A stretch of DNA of 44,183 bases from positions 1-44,183 of IMG/VR virus record IMGVR_UViG_3300028629_000017, one strand, 5' to 3'. This stretch comes from a virus. Its lineage: Duplodnaviria > Caudoviricetes. The notes under the pieces were generated by a model. It did no database searches. It was not told where the DNA came from and saw nothing but the letters and a program-made list of their open reading frames with translations. Positions 8,620 to 16,801 of the stretch are shown here, piece by piece; the first letter of the stretch is position 1; every line of letters starts with the position of its first letter. The translations under genes and the position numbers were made by a program.

Positions 8620-9978
8620 CTACCCGACCTCCCCAACACCCACCCCGGCCGCAACGGTCGGGGTGGTCTCAGTCACGGCGATCCGCTCGGCCTTCTTGCC
8701 GGTGAACTCCTCCCAGCGCTTCACAATCACGTCGCAGTACAGTTCATCGATCTCCACCAAGAATGCCTTCCGCCCCGTCTTCTCTGCGGCGATAAGGGTG
8801 CTCCCCGATCCCCCGAACAGGTCGAGGACGTTCTGCCCGGGCAGCGACGAGTACTGCATGGCCCGTTCGGCCAGTTCCACCGGCTTCTCGGTCAGGTGAA
8901 TCATTGACTGGGGGTTGACCTTCTTCACCGCCCAGATGTCGGGGACGTTGTTGGGCCCGTAGAACTTGTGGCCGGCGCCCTCCCGCCAGCCGTAGAAGCA
9001 GATCTCGTGCGCCCCCATGAAATCCTTGCGGGTCAGCACCGGATGGAGCTTGTTCCACACAACGCACTGGCTGAAGTACAGTTCGCACTTAGCCAGCGGC
9101 GCTGGGTAGTTGCCGATGTTGGCGTAGCCGCCCCAGATGTAGTACGACCCGCCGGGCTTCAGCACCCGCGCGGCATTGCCGAACCAGGCCAGCAGCATCC
9201 GCTGGAAGTCCTCGTCCGACACGAAGTCGTTCTCCAGCGGCCGGTCCTTGGCCCGCAGCTTCGCATGCGTCGGGTTGGCCGATCCGGGGTTGCGGTGGAC
9301 GTCCCGACCCGGGTCGGTGTTGCCGTAGGCCACGAAGGAGCTGAGCCCGGCCGCGATGGCGTTGTTTGAGCGCGGCTCGACCTTGACGTTGTAGGGCGGG
9401 TCCATGTTGACGAGGTCGATGACCGCGCCGGCCAAGAGCCGGTCCACGTCCTCGGCCTTGCTGCTGTCGCCGCAGAGCAGCCGGTGGTCGCCCAGCACCC
9501 ACAGGTCGCCCGGCCGGGTCACCGCCTCGTCCGGCGGATCGGGGATCGCGTCCGGATCGGTCAGCCCTTCAGTGCCGTGGATGCCGGCACCGAGCAGCTT
9601 TTCCAGCTCCTCCGGCGCGAACCCCAGCATGCCGAGGTCCACATCCATGCCGCGCAGTTCGGACAACTCGATGGGCAGGAGGTCGAGATCCCACTCGGCC
9701 AGTTCGGCCAGCTTGTTGTCGGCCAGGCGGTAGGCCTTGACCTTCTCCGGCGGCAGGTCGACCGCCACGTGGACCGGCACCTCCGCCAGCCCCAGCTTCT
9801 GCGCCGCCTTCCACCGCGTATGCCCTACGATGATGACGCCCGCCTCGTCCACCACAATTGGTTGGCGGAAGCCGTACTCCTGGATGGACCGGGCCACGGC
9901 ATCGACCGCCTGGTCGTTCACCCGGGGGTTCTTCTCGTAGGGCTTGATCTGGGACAGCTGACGCATTTCGATCTTCAC
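8620..9978 (-). CDS. ParB N-terminal domain + DNA amino-methyltransferase (N6/N4, beta class)
   Basis: ParB motifs KPYEKNPR, IIVGHTR, YRLADN; catalytic DPPY precedes the SAM motif VLDLFGGSGST. Confidence 0.93.
   Translation of the reverse strand: MKIEMRQLSQIKPYEKNPRVNDQAVDAVARSIQEYGFRQPIVVDEAGVIIVGHTRWKAAQKLGLAEVPVHVAVDLPPEKVKAYRLADNKLAELAEWDLDLLPIELSELRGMDVDLGMLGFAPEELEKLLGAGIHGTEGLTDPDAIPDPPDEAVTRPGDLWVLGDHRLLCGDSSKAEDVDRLLAGAVIDLVNMDPPYNVKVEPRSNNAIAAGLSSFVAYGNTDPGRDVHRNPGSANPTHAKLRAKDRPLENDFVSDEDFQRMLLAWFGNAARVLKPGGSYYIWGGYANIGNYPAPLAKCELYFSQCVVWNKLHPVLTRKDFMGAHEICFYGWREGAGHKFYGPNNVPDIWAVKKVNPQSMIHLTEKPVELAERAMQYSSLPGQNVLDLFGGSGSTLIAAEKTGRKAFLVEIDELYCDVIVKRWEEFTGKKAERIAVTETTPTVAAGVGVGEVG
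8641..8665. terminator. Hairpin at convergent gene junction
   Basis: CACCCCGGCCG-CAA-CGGTCGGGGTG, just after the plus-strand cassette and inside the MTase 3' end; no clear U tract. Confidence 0.5.
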
Positions 9979-10256
9979 GCTGCACCTCCCTTGGCCGCCT
10001 TGTCCTCGCGGGCGATGAGAAGCAGGACCAGGTAGCCGACCAGGTCAAGCACGGGGTCCTCGCCAAACGCGGTGGGGTTGTTGCGGATGCGGCTGAGCTT
10101 GTCGTCGAGCCGCACGCGAATGAGGGCCTCGGGATCTCCCTGCGCGAAGACCCGCACGGGCTCCAGCGCCGAGTTGCCGTAGGCCTTGTTCTTCGAGACC
10201 AGCATGTCGCTGATCTCCTGGCATTTCGCCCGAATCCGTTCCGCCGTACCTGCCAT
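9975..10256 (-). CDS. DUF1599 / nucleotide-modification-associated domain 1-like protein
   Basis: KNKAYGNS...IRVRLDDKLSRI...DLVGY pattern; SD AAGGAGG before ATG 10256. Confidence 0.75.
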   Translation of the reverse strand: MAGTAERIRAKCQEISDMLVSKNKAYGNSALEPVRVFAQGDPEALIRVRLDDKLSRIRNNPTAFGEDPVLDLVGYLVLLLIAREDKAAKGGAA

Positions 10257-10287
10257 GTTGCTGCCTCCTTCGTTCAAAGTGCCCACG

Positions 10288-10878
10288 TTAGGCCGCCCCT
10301 TGCGCCCCGTTGGCCACGGGGTGGGCCAGGGTGCCGGCTTGGCCAGGATCGCGATCCGACCGGCGATCCGCGCCCAGGGCCGCCCCTGGGCCGGATTCCG
10401 GCGCGTCGGAAACGTGGTTGACCTGACAATCCTTCGCCGCGTGGCGGTTTGCCCATTTCACAACCTCGCGGCACATCTGGATGAAATCCTCATTGCTCAT
10501 GGTGCCCTTGGCTTTGTTCACCTCCTTGTGCAGGGCCTGCGCGTTGTCGATATTGTGCTGGCCGCCACGGCTCATTGGCACGATGTGGTCAAGCGCCACA
10601 GTTTCGGTCGAAAGGGGACGTCCAGTGAGCGCGCAACGGTACTCCTGGAACTTCAGCAGAGAGAGCACATTCTGCTGACTCACGGCTCCGGCGGGACGGC
10701 CCTCGACGCATGCATGCCTGAGATCCGCCAGCCAAGCACCGTAGGCCAACATCTTCACGCGCTTTCCCGCGCAGAACTGCCCCCGCGCTTTCACGCGCTG
10801 ACGGAATAGCTTCCTCTCGTTTAGCACCTCGCCTATGGGCGTTGAGTTGACCGCCTTCAAGAAGTCCCTGATTCGCAT
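10288..10878 (-). CDS. HNH endonuclease with N-terminal terminase-like domain
   Basis: QEYRCALTG...LDHIVPMSRGG...NAQALHKEVNKAKG. Frame is open to 11256, but ATG 10878 marks the start of the TerL-like domain. Confidence 0.85.
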   Translation of the reverse strand: MRIRDFLKAVNSTPIGEVLNERKLFRQRVKARGQFCAGKRVKMLAYGAWLADLRHACVEGRPAGAVSQQNVLSLLKFQEYRCALTGRPLSTETVALDHIVPMSRGGQHNIDNAQALHKEVNKAKGTMSNEDFIQMCREVVKWANRHAAKDCQVNHVSDAPESGPGAALGADRRSDRDPGQAGTLAHPVANGAQGAA

Positions 10879-11237
10879 CGGTTGTTCGTCCAGTAACGAT
10901 TTCTGATGGGCACGTATCTCAGCGGTTTCCTGGAGCGCAACATTGCCCAATACTCCCACGAGCCTGGGCGAGGAACTTTCATCTCCCGCCTGAGCGCGAA
11001 CACCGCTTTCTGAATCGCCGCGCTCCAAGTTGGAGTCGGGGTCGGAGCACTGGCGATCTCCGTTAGTCTTGGGCACTGGCTGCGGCGGATTCGCCAAGCC
11101 TGGACCATGCTGTGAATCGCGCGCGACCAGGGGTCGAATAGCAGGCCCTGATTGTGCCAATCCGCCGCCAGCCGAGTGCATAGCTCCTTGGCCACTCGAT
11201 CCCATTGTTTCGAGTTGCGTTTGGTCGACATTAGCAT
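10857..11237 (-). CDS. Trp-rich basic hypothetical protein
   Basis: More protein-like than the overlapping low-complexity extension of the HNH frame; ends just across the HNH ATG. Confidence 0.5.
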   Translation of the reverse strand: MLMSTKRNSKQWDRVAKELCTRLAADWHNQGLLFDPWSRAIHSMVQAWRIRRSQCPRLTEIASAPTPTPTWSAAIQKAVFALRREMKVPRPGSWEYWAMLRSRKPLRYVPIRNRYWTNNRCESGTS

Positions 11238-11424
11238 CCTGCCTATCCATGGGCATCTCCCAAGTCCGGCGAATTGCAGGAAAGTCTGTGGTCTAGCGCT
11301 ACGGTTCCGGCGGCAGTCGACGCGGCCGTCGGCGCCGGAGTACCTACGCCAAAGTGGCACAGGCTGCGTTTTGTACAGATGCGATTGTGTACGGCCGCCG
11401 GCCAGGCAAGCAGCCCGCTCGAAC

Positions 11425-11600
11425 TTCTTTCTTCCTTCACCCCCCTATCGCGCGCATACGCGTGTGCGCGCTCGCGCGTGTGGGTATGGGTGAAATAGAG
11501 AAAGAAGAAGATATCTCTATGTAATATAGAGACTTCATTCTTCACCCTTCGTTCACCTTCATTCCCTTTTCTGACCATCTTTCACCCCTCACCGACCTCG
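11425..11600. other. Candidate replication origin or packaging site (AT-rich core, short repeats)
   Basis: TTCACC/TTCATT repeats, TCTCTAT/ATAGAGA inverted repeat, alternating purine-pyrimidine tract; immediately downstream of the primase. Confidence 0.45.
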
Positions 11601-13867
11601 TTGGAGGCTGCTTCTTTCCCCTCGTCGAACTTCTTTCCCCCTCCGACCAGCCGGTACACGATGCCAGTCCGGCCAGGCGTCCTGACCGGCAGTAGCTCGA
11701 TGTCATCTTGTTGCTGGAGCGTCTCGACGATCTTGTGAAAGGACTGGGCGTCTGTCTTCATGCGCTTGAGCAGCTTGCTGTGCTCCATCTCCCGTCCGGG
11801 CGCCTCGCGCAGCTTCTTGAGAAACTTCAGGCACTCGGCGTGGAATGGGTTCTCAGCCACGAAACAACCTGCCTGGAAGAGCATCTGCCGCGTCTGGTGC
11901 TCGACGATGGCCCACGCCCATTCGACCGCTTCGCGCGAGATCACCGGCGTCTGGTAGCACTCGCTGCAGGCGCGAACGAGCGCCAGGCGGCGAGCCTTCT
12001 CGCCGGCACGGGCCCAGACGGCCATGGCGATGGCGTCATTGGCCGCCTGCGCAGCGGTGTAGGCATCGTTCTCCCTGGCACGGATCTCGGCATAGAGCTC
12101 GACCACGCCGGGGCCGTAGGGAATCTCAATGGGTGTTGGATGCTCGTTGTCGAGATTGCCGTGGCCGGGGCGAAGCGCCGCCCAGTAGTTGGCCTGCTCC
12201 ATGATCTCGGGCGGGATGGGCAACTCGCGCGGCTCCTGCCCCTCTCCTCGCATGCCGGCCAGGAAGATCAGCATTCGGGCGAAGAAGCCGTTCGTGAGCA
12301 TCTTCTCGCAGAGCGATTCGAAGTAGTGCTTCGGAATCGCCGTGCCAAACAGGTTCACGCATGGCTGGTCGATGGTCTGCGGCTCCTGGCCAGCCTTGAC
12401 TCGCAGGTGGTAGAGGCTCGCGGCGGCCGAGTAGAACTTGAGCAGGATCTCCATGATGCGCTCTGCCCGGCCGTCGCGACTGCGCGAGATGCCAAGGAGC
12501 ACGGCATCGATCTCGTCGGTCTGGAAGAGCACGGCCTTCGAAGCGGCAACGCGGTCCTCAATGCCCTCGCCCGAGGCGAAGTTGTCGGCCAGTTGGCTGG
12601 AGATGCCCGCCTCCAACATGATCCGTTGGTTGATCTTCCGCGGGTGATCCTTGCCGGTGCCGGAGTTGGCCAGGCCGAGCAGGTAGAGACTGGTCCGCGC
12701 CCCGCTCTGGTCGCGCACCTTGCGGGCGCAGAGCGCGGCCTGCAGCGCCAGGGCGCCACAGAACGCCAAGACCCGGTCCGGGTACGGCGCCGTGATCAGA
12801 GTCAGGTTCATGACCCGGTCGATCAGACCGGGAACGTAGAGCAGGTTCTCCGGCAACAGGCCTGGGTCTGGCGGGCCGGGTGGCTCGGACGGCGTGGGTG
12901 CTTCGGCCGGCGGCTTGCCCAGGATCCCGGATAGGTCGACGCCCTCTTCGGAGTGCGAGGCTCGGTCGCGCAGCCATCCGAACGGATGCGTGTGGGGCTT
13001 GGTGGCTGCGTCCTCGACCTTATGGCGGAGGTCCTCCTCCGACCAGGGCGGTTCGCAGCGCTGGTTGAAGCGCTCTACAAGGAGCGCGAGCGCCCGGTCT
13101 GGCGGCAGGCCGAAGCCATGCACCAGGGCAGTGGCAGCCGTGTACGTGGCACTGTGCCCACCCTGGCCGCTGATCGCCGGCGGCATGGCGTCGAGATAAG
13201 CGGCGGCCCGAGTCTCGAGCGCCTGGAGTTCCTCGTCCGGCATAGCCGGCCTGTCGGCGACCGGCGGCGTCAGCGCCGGCTTAGACGCCTCGGCCAGGTA
13301 CTGGGCCCAGGCGTCAGGCAACGGGGCGACCTCGGTCGAGCTGGGGTCCAGGTTCGTCCAGTGGTACTTGCCGCCCGAGAGGTGGTTCGACGGCGGCAGG
13401 AGCGCCTGACCGTTCTCGCCGCGGACGTCGATGCCGGTGGCCTCGAGGCCCAGGAGATCCCGGCCGATGTTGGTCGCGTTGCGGATGGGCACGGTCGTGC
13501 TGAAGATCCGGTGCAGGCCGTCCCCGCCGCTCATCCAGCTGACCGTGTCGGGCAGCGGGCCAAGCTGTTTCTCCAGGCGCTCCAGGTTCTCGATGCACTC
13601 GGGCCGGCCCTCGGTCTCGATGTCGATCCGGCCCTTGCCCATGGCCAAGCCGATGTTGGCGTCCGGCCAGCGAGCCCACCATGCGCGGATCGTCGCCTCG
13701 TCGGTCGTGGCCTGGTTCGGCCAGTCCTTGATCCTTGGGTGCTTGCCCGGCGCCGAGCAGTCCTCGCGCTGGCAGGTGCAACGCCCCTTGCCGTTGATGT
13801 GATGGATCGGCAGGACGCGCCAACCGAGCTTGGCGTAGCCGAGGGCGTGGTCGAGAGGGGTGCTCAT
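11582..13867 (-). CDS. Bifunctional DNA primase/polymerase (Prim-Pol) with C-terminal DUF3987-like P-loop domain
   Basis: GWRVLP, GKHP, ANIGL, GLHRIF, IDVRG...PPS; C-terminal NSGTGKD and TDEID. Confidence 0.9.
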   Translation of the reverse strand: MSTPLDHALGYAKLGWRVLPIHHINGKGRCTCQREDCSAPGKHPRIKDWPNQATTDEATIRAWWARWPDANIGLAMGKGRIDIETEGRPECIENLERLEKQLGPLPDTVSWMSGGDGLHRIFSTTVPIRNATNIGRDLLGLEATGIDVRGENGQALLPPSNHLSGGKYHWTNLDPSSTEVAPLPDAWAQYLAEASKPALTPPVADRPAMPDEELQALETRAAAYLDAMPPAISGQGGHSATYTAATALVHGFGLPPDRALALLVERFNQRCEPPWSEEDLRHKVEDAATKPHTHPFGWLRDRASHSEEGVDLSGILGKPPAEAPTPSEPPGPPDPGLLPENLLYVPGLIDRVMNLTLITAPYPDRVLAFCGALALQAALCARKVRDQSGARTSLYLLGLANSGTGKDHPRKINQRIMLEAGISSQLADNFASGEGIEDRVAASKAVLFQTDEIDAVLLGISRSRDGRAERIMEILLKFYSAAASLYHLRVKAGQEPQTIDQPCVNLFGTAIPKHYFESLCEKMLTNGFFARMLIFLAGMRGEGQEPRELPIPPEIMEQANYWAALRPGHGNLDNEHPTPIEIPYGPGVVELYAEIRARENDAYTAAQAANDAIAMAVWARAGEKARRLALVRACSECYQTPVISREAVEWAWAIVEHQTRQMLFQAGCFVAENPFHAECLKFLKKLREAPGREMEHSKLLKRMKTDAQSFHKIVETLQQQDDIELLPVRTPGRTGIVYRLVGGGKKFDEGKEAASNEVGEG

Positions 13868-13875
13868 GGGCGCCC

Positions 13876-15576
13876 TCAGAACGGAATCTCATCGGGGTCG
13901 GCAGCTGTCGGTACGCCGGCAGTCTCATCGGCATCCCATCCCGGCTCGCGATAGTCCGGCACCTCGCCCAGCTCGTAGGCGACGACGCGGTCGTACCTCT
14001 CGCCCGAGACACTACGGACCTGGATGGCCTTGGTGGACGCCAGCGCGCCTCGCTCAGCCAGGTCGACAGCCTCCGATACCGAATCGGGGACGGGCACCTT
14101 GGAGCGGCGCTTCCACCACTTCTCGGCACGGTAGCGTGCGAAGCCGGTGTGCTCCAGGCAGACCCATTCGCTCACGTACTTGTCCAGGCTCAGCTGATAG
14201 TCGACCCGCATAGTGGGCGGCGTGTCCGGCCCGGCGTTGCGCTTGGTGTGGACCGAGTAGTAGACCATCTCGACCGGAAAGTCGGCGATGGAGACCTCGC
14301 CCGAGAGGACGCTCGCCGTCGAGGCCTGCGCCTCGTGCTTGGCGCGTTCGCGCTCGGGGAACTCGAAGCCACACTGCGGGCACCTGGCGTAGCCCGCGGC
14401 GATCACCGCCTGGCAGCTTGGGCACTCCTTGCTGGGCGCCTCGCCGCCGCCCTGGCCGGTCGCTTTGACCTGGATGGCGTCCACCGGGCCGTGGCGCAGG
14501 GCGTTGCCGCCGAAGTCGAGCACCAGGCAGTCGGCTTTGCCGAGATGCAGGCGGAAACCCCGCCCAACCATCTGGTAGAAGAGCCCCGGCGACATGGTCG
14601 GCCTCACCAAAGCCACGCAGTCGATGTTCGGGGCGTCGAAGCCGGTGGTCAGGACGTTGACGTTGACCAGGTACTTGAGCCGACCGGCCTTGAAGTCCGC
14701 GAGCACCTGGTCGCGCATGCCGGGCAGCGTTTCGCCGAAGACCGTCTCGACCTGGGCCTGGTACTCGCCTCGCAGAACGGAGGCTAGGTGCTCGGCGTGC
14801 TTCACGCCCGCGGCGAAGATAAGCACCGAGCGGCGGTTCTGGGTGTAATTGACGATCTCCTTGCAGGCCGACTCCACCAGCTCTGCCGTGTCCATCAATG
14901 CCTCTGTCTCGCCGGCCACGAACTCGCCAGCGCGCACGTGGAGCCCCGAGGTGTCGGCCTTGACGCGGCTGGCCTTGGTCACGAGCGGGCAGAGATAGCC
15001 CTGGACGATCAGCTCGCGGACGCCTGCTTCATAGCAGATGTGGTGGAGGTAGTAGCCCTCCTCCGCCGGCCCGCAGATCAGCCCCGACTTCATCCGGAAC
15101 GGCGTGGCGGTCAGGCCGATGACGCGGACGTTCGGATTGACCACCTTGGCGTCGGCCAGGAACTGGCGGTACATGCCGTCGCCTTCCGGCGCTATGGAAT
15201 GGGCCTCGTCGACCAGAACGACCTGGAACGACCCCAGATCGCAGGCCCGCTTGTAGACCGACTGAATGCCGGCCACGATGATCGGGTGGTCGGTGTCGCG
15301 TTTCTTCAGGCCGGCCGAGTAGACGCCGACCTGCAGCATCAACTCCGGTGCCATCAGGCGCAGTTTGTCCACGGCCTGCTCGAGTAGCTCTTTGACGTGC
15401 GCCAGGATCAGAACGCGGCCGCCCCAGCGGCCGACCGCGTCCTTGCAGATCGTGGCCATGACCGGCGTCTTGCCCGAAGCGGTGGGCAGCACAACGCAGG
15501 GGTTGTCGTCGCGCTCCCGCAGATGGCGGTAGACGGCCTCGACCGCTTCGACCTGGTACGGCCTGAGGGTCAGCAC
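13876..15576 (-). CDS. SF2 DEAH helicase (RadD/YejH-like) with Zn ribbon
   Basis: LRPYQ, PTASGKT, DEAH, TAT, QMVGRGFR, CPSC...CPQC. Confidence 0.93.
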   Translation of the reverse strand: MLTLRPYQVEAVEAVYRHLRERDDNPCVVLPTASGKTPVMATICKDAVGRWGGRVLILAHVKELLEQAVDKLRLMAPELMLQVGVYSAGLKKRDTDHPIIVAGIQSVYKRACDLGSFQVVLVDEAHSIAPEGDGMYRQFLADAKVVNPNVRVIGLTATPFRMKSGLICGPAEEGYYLHHICYEAGVRELIVQGYLCPLVTKASRVKADTSGLHVRAGEFVAGETEALMDTAELVESACKEIVNYTQNRRSVLIFAAGVKHAEHLASVLRGEYQAQVETVFGETLPGMRDQVLADFKAGRLKYLVNVNVLTTGFDAPNIDCVALVRPTMSPGLFYQMVGRGFRLHLGKADCLVLDFGGNALRHGPVDAIQVKATGQGGGEAPSKECPSCQAVIAAGYARCPQCGFEFPERERAKHEAQASTASVLSGEVSIADFPVEMVYYSVHTKRNAGPDTPPTMRVDYQLSLDKYVSEWVCLEHTGFARYRAEKWWKRRSKVPVPDSVSEAVDLAERGALASTKAIQVRSVSGERYDRVVAYELGEVPDYREPGWDADETAGVPTAADPDEIPF

Positions 15577-16040
15577 CCGAGCTGCCTCCGCCCGTACTCG
15601 GCGATCAAGGCAGCGTCGACCATCCCCTCGTGAGCTTTCTGCGCGCGATCCGACGCCTTCCAGTCAGCACTGGGCCACAGGCGGCTCGCGACCAGGTACT
15701 CCGCTCCCTTGGGCTGGCCGGCGAGCATCTTGCCCTGCCACTCCTGCGGGCGGACCATCTCATACGGCAACGCCATCCCGGCGCAGATCCCGCGCACCAG
15801 GCCCCAGCCGGTGCCGAAGGTGAACATGGAGACCACGCCCTGGCCCGGCCGGGCTCCCACGTGCTCGATGAAGACAACCGCCGGGTGATGAGCAAGCAGC
15901 CAGCTCACTATCGCTTGCTCATCGATCTGTCGGTGCTTGCCCACGGCTGCGGTGGGCATGGCGGCAAGATGCAGGCCCTCGGGACTGATGGCGGCCAAGC
16001 CGCCATCGAGCCCCGGATCGATTCCGATGATCCAGCGCAT
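15570..16040 (-). CDS. RuvC-like Holliday junction resolvase
   Basis: IIGIDPG, VFIE, GVVSMFTFG, DAALIA; start ATG 16040. Confidence 0.85.
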   Translation of the reverse strand: MRWIIGIDPGLDGGLAAISPEGLHLAAMPTAAVGKHRQIDEQAIVSWLLAHHPAVVFIEHVGARPGQGVVSMFTFGTGWGLVRGICAGMALPYEMVRPQEWQGKMLAGQPKGAEYLVASRLWPSADWKASDRAQKAHEGMVDAALIAEYGRRQLGC

Positions 16041-16069
16041 AGGATCTCCCTGGCGGCAAGGGAGGCGGC

Positions 16070-16345
16070 CTACTGGCCGCCCCCCACCGCAACCCGACAT
16101 CCATCGCTGCAGCCAGCCATCAACGTCACGAGCTCATGGTGCTCGATGAAGCGGCCGTCCAGGCGCACGAGCGGCGCCTGATAGTCGGCCATGGCCAGCG
16201 CTGCGAGGGCTTCCACGTCCCTGATGTCCCCGCGCCGGAGCGCATCCAGGCTGCGTTCCTCGAAGGCGAGGCCGGCTGATGCAAGCCCGGCCTTCGCCTT
16301 CTCGCAACGGGGACAGTTCGGAAGCGTCCAGACCTCGATCCGCAC
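16070..16345 (-). CDS. Glutaredoxin-like protein
   Basis: IEVWTLPNCPRC and QAPLV (cis-Pro) motifs. Confidence 0.8.
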   Translation of the reverse strand: MRIEVWTLPNCPRCEKAKAGLASAGLAFEERSLDALRRGDIRDVEALAALAMADYQAPLVRLDGRFIEHHELVTLMAGCSDGCRVAVGGGQ

Positions 16346-16348
16346 GGC

Positions 16349-16801
16349 TCAGTTCCTGCTCCAGGGCGGGACCGAACCGGCCGCCTGCGCCGGGCGGTCC
16401 ACGGCCGCCTCGCGCTTGGCGTAGCCCTTGACCTCGTTGGTCATCTCCCCGCTGTCCTGGCGCTTCTTCAGCTTTACGGTGACGACCAGCGGGATGTTGT
16501 GGAGCTCGACCGAGTCCTGCGGCTGCATCACCCCGACCGCGCGGCAGATGGCCGACAGCTCGCCCCTGGCGATCTGGACGGTCAGCGCGTTCTCGTTCTC
16601 GAGGTTGAGCCGGGCCCAGAGCTTCCGGCCCTTGTACTTCCCCTCGATGATCTCGAGGACCAGCTCGAGGAACCGGCCGCGCCCCTTCTTGGTGGGCTTC
16701 ATCTCCGAGGCGATGATCACGGCCAGGTACTTGTCGGCCGGCACCGGCTCGAACTCGACCATGGGCTCGACGTTGTTGGCGTTGAAGTTCAGGTTAGCCA
16801 T
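16349..16801 (-). CDS. DUF669-like phage ssDNA-binding protein
   Basis: FEPVPADKY...GRKLW...LSAICRAVG...NEVKGY...PPW; follows AAA ATPase. Confidence 0.85.
   Translation of the reverse strand: MANLNFNANNVEPMVEFEPVPADKYLAVIIASEMKPTKKGRGRFLELVLEIIEGKYKGRKLWARLNLENENALTVQIARGELSAICRAVGVMQPQDSVELHNIPLVVTVKLKKRQDSGEMTNEVKGYAKREAAVDRPAQAAGSVPPWSRN

Noticed and set aside
8620-10878. MTase + HNH as a restriction-modification system
   Set aside because: ParB-MTase and HNH next to terminase are typical packaging-region genes, and the HNH shares a domain with TerL.
11243-11578. 111-aa minus-strand ORF
   Set aside because: Translation (FFFLYFTHTHTRER) reflects the repeat/AT-rich element rather than a protein.
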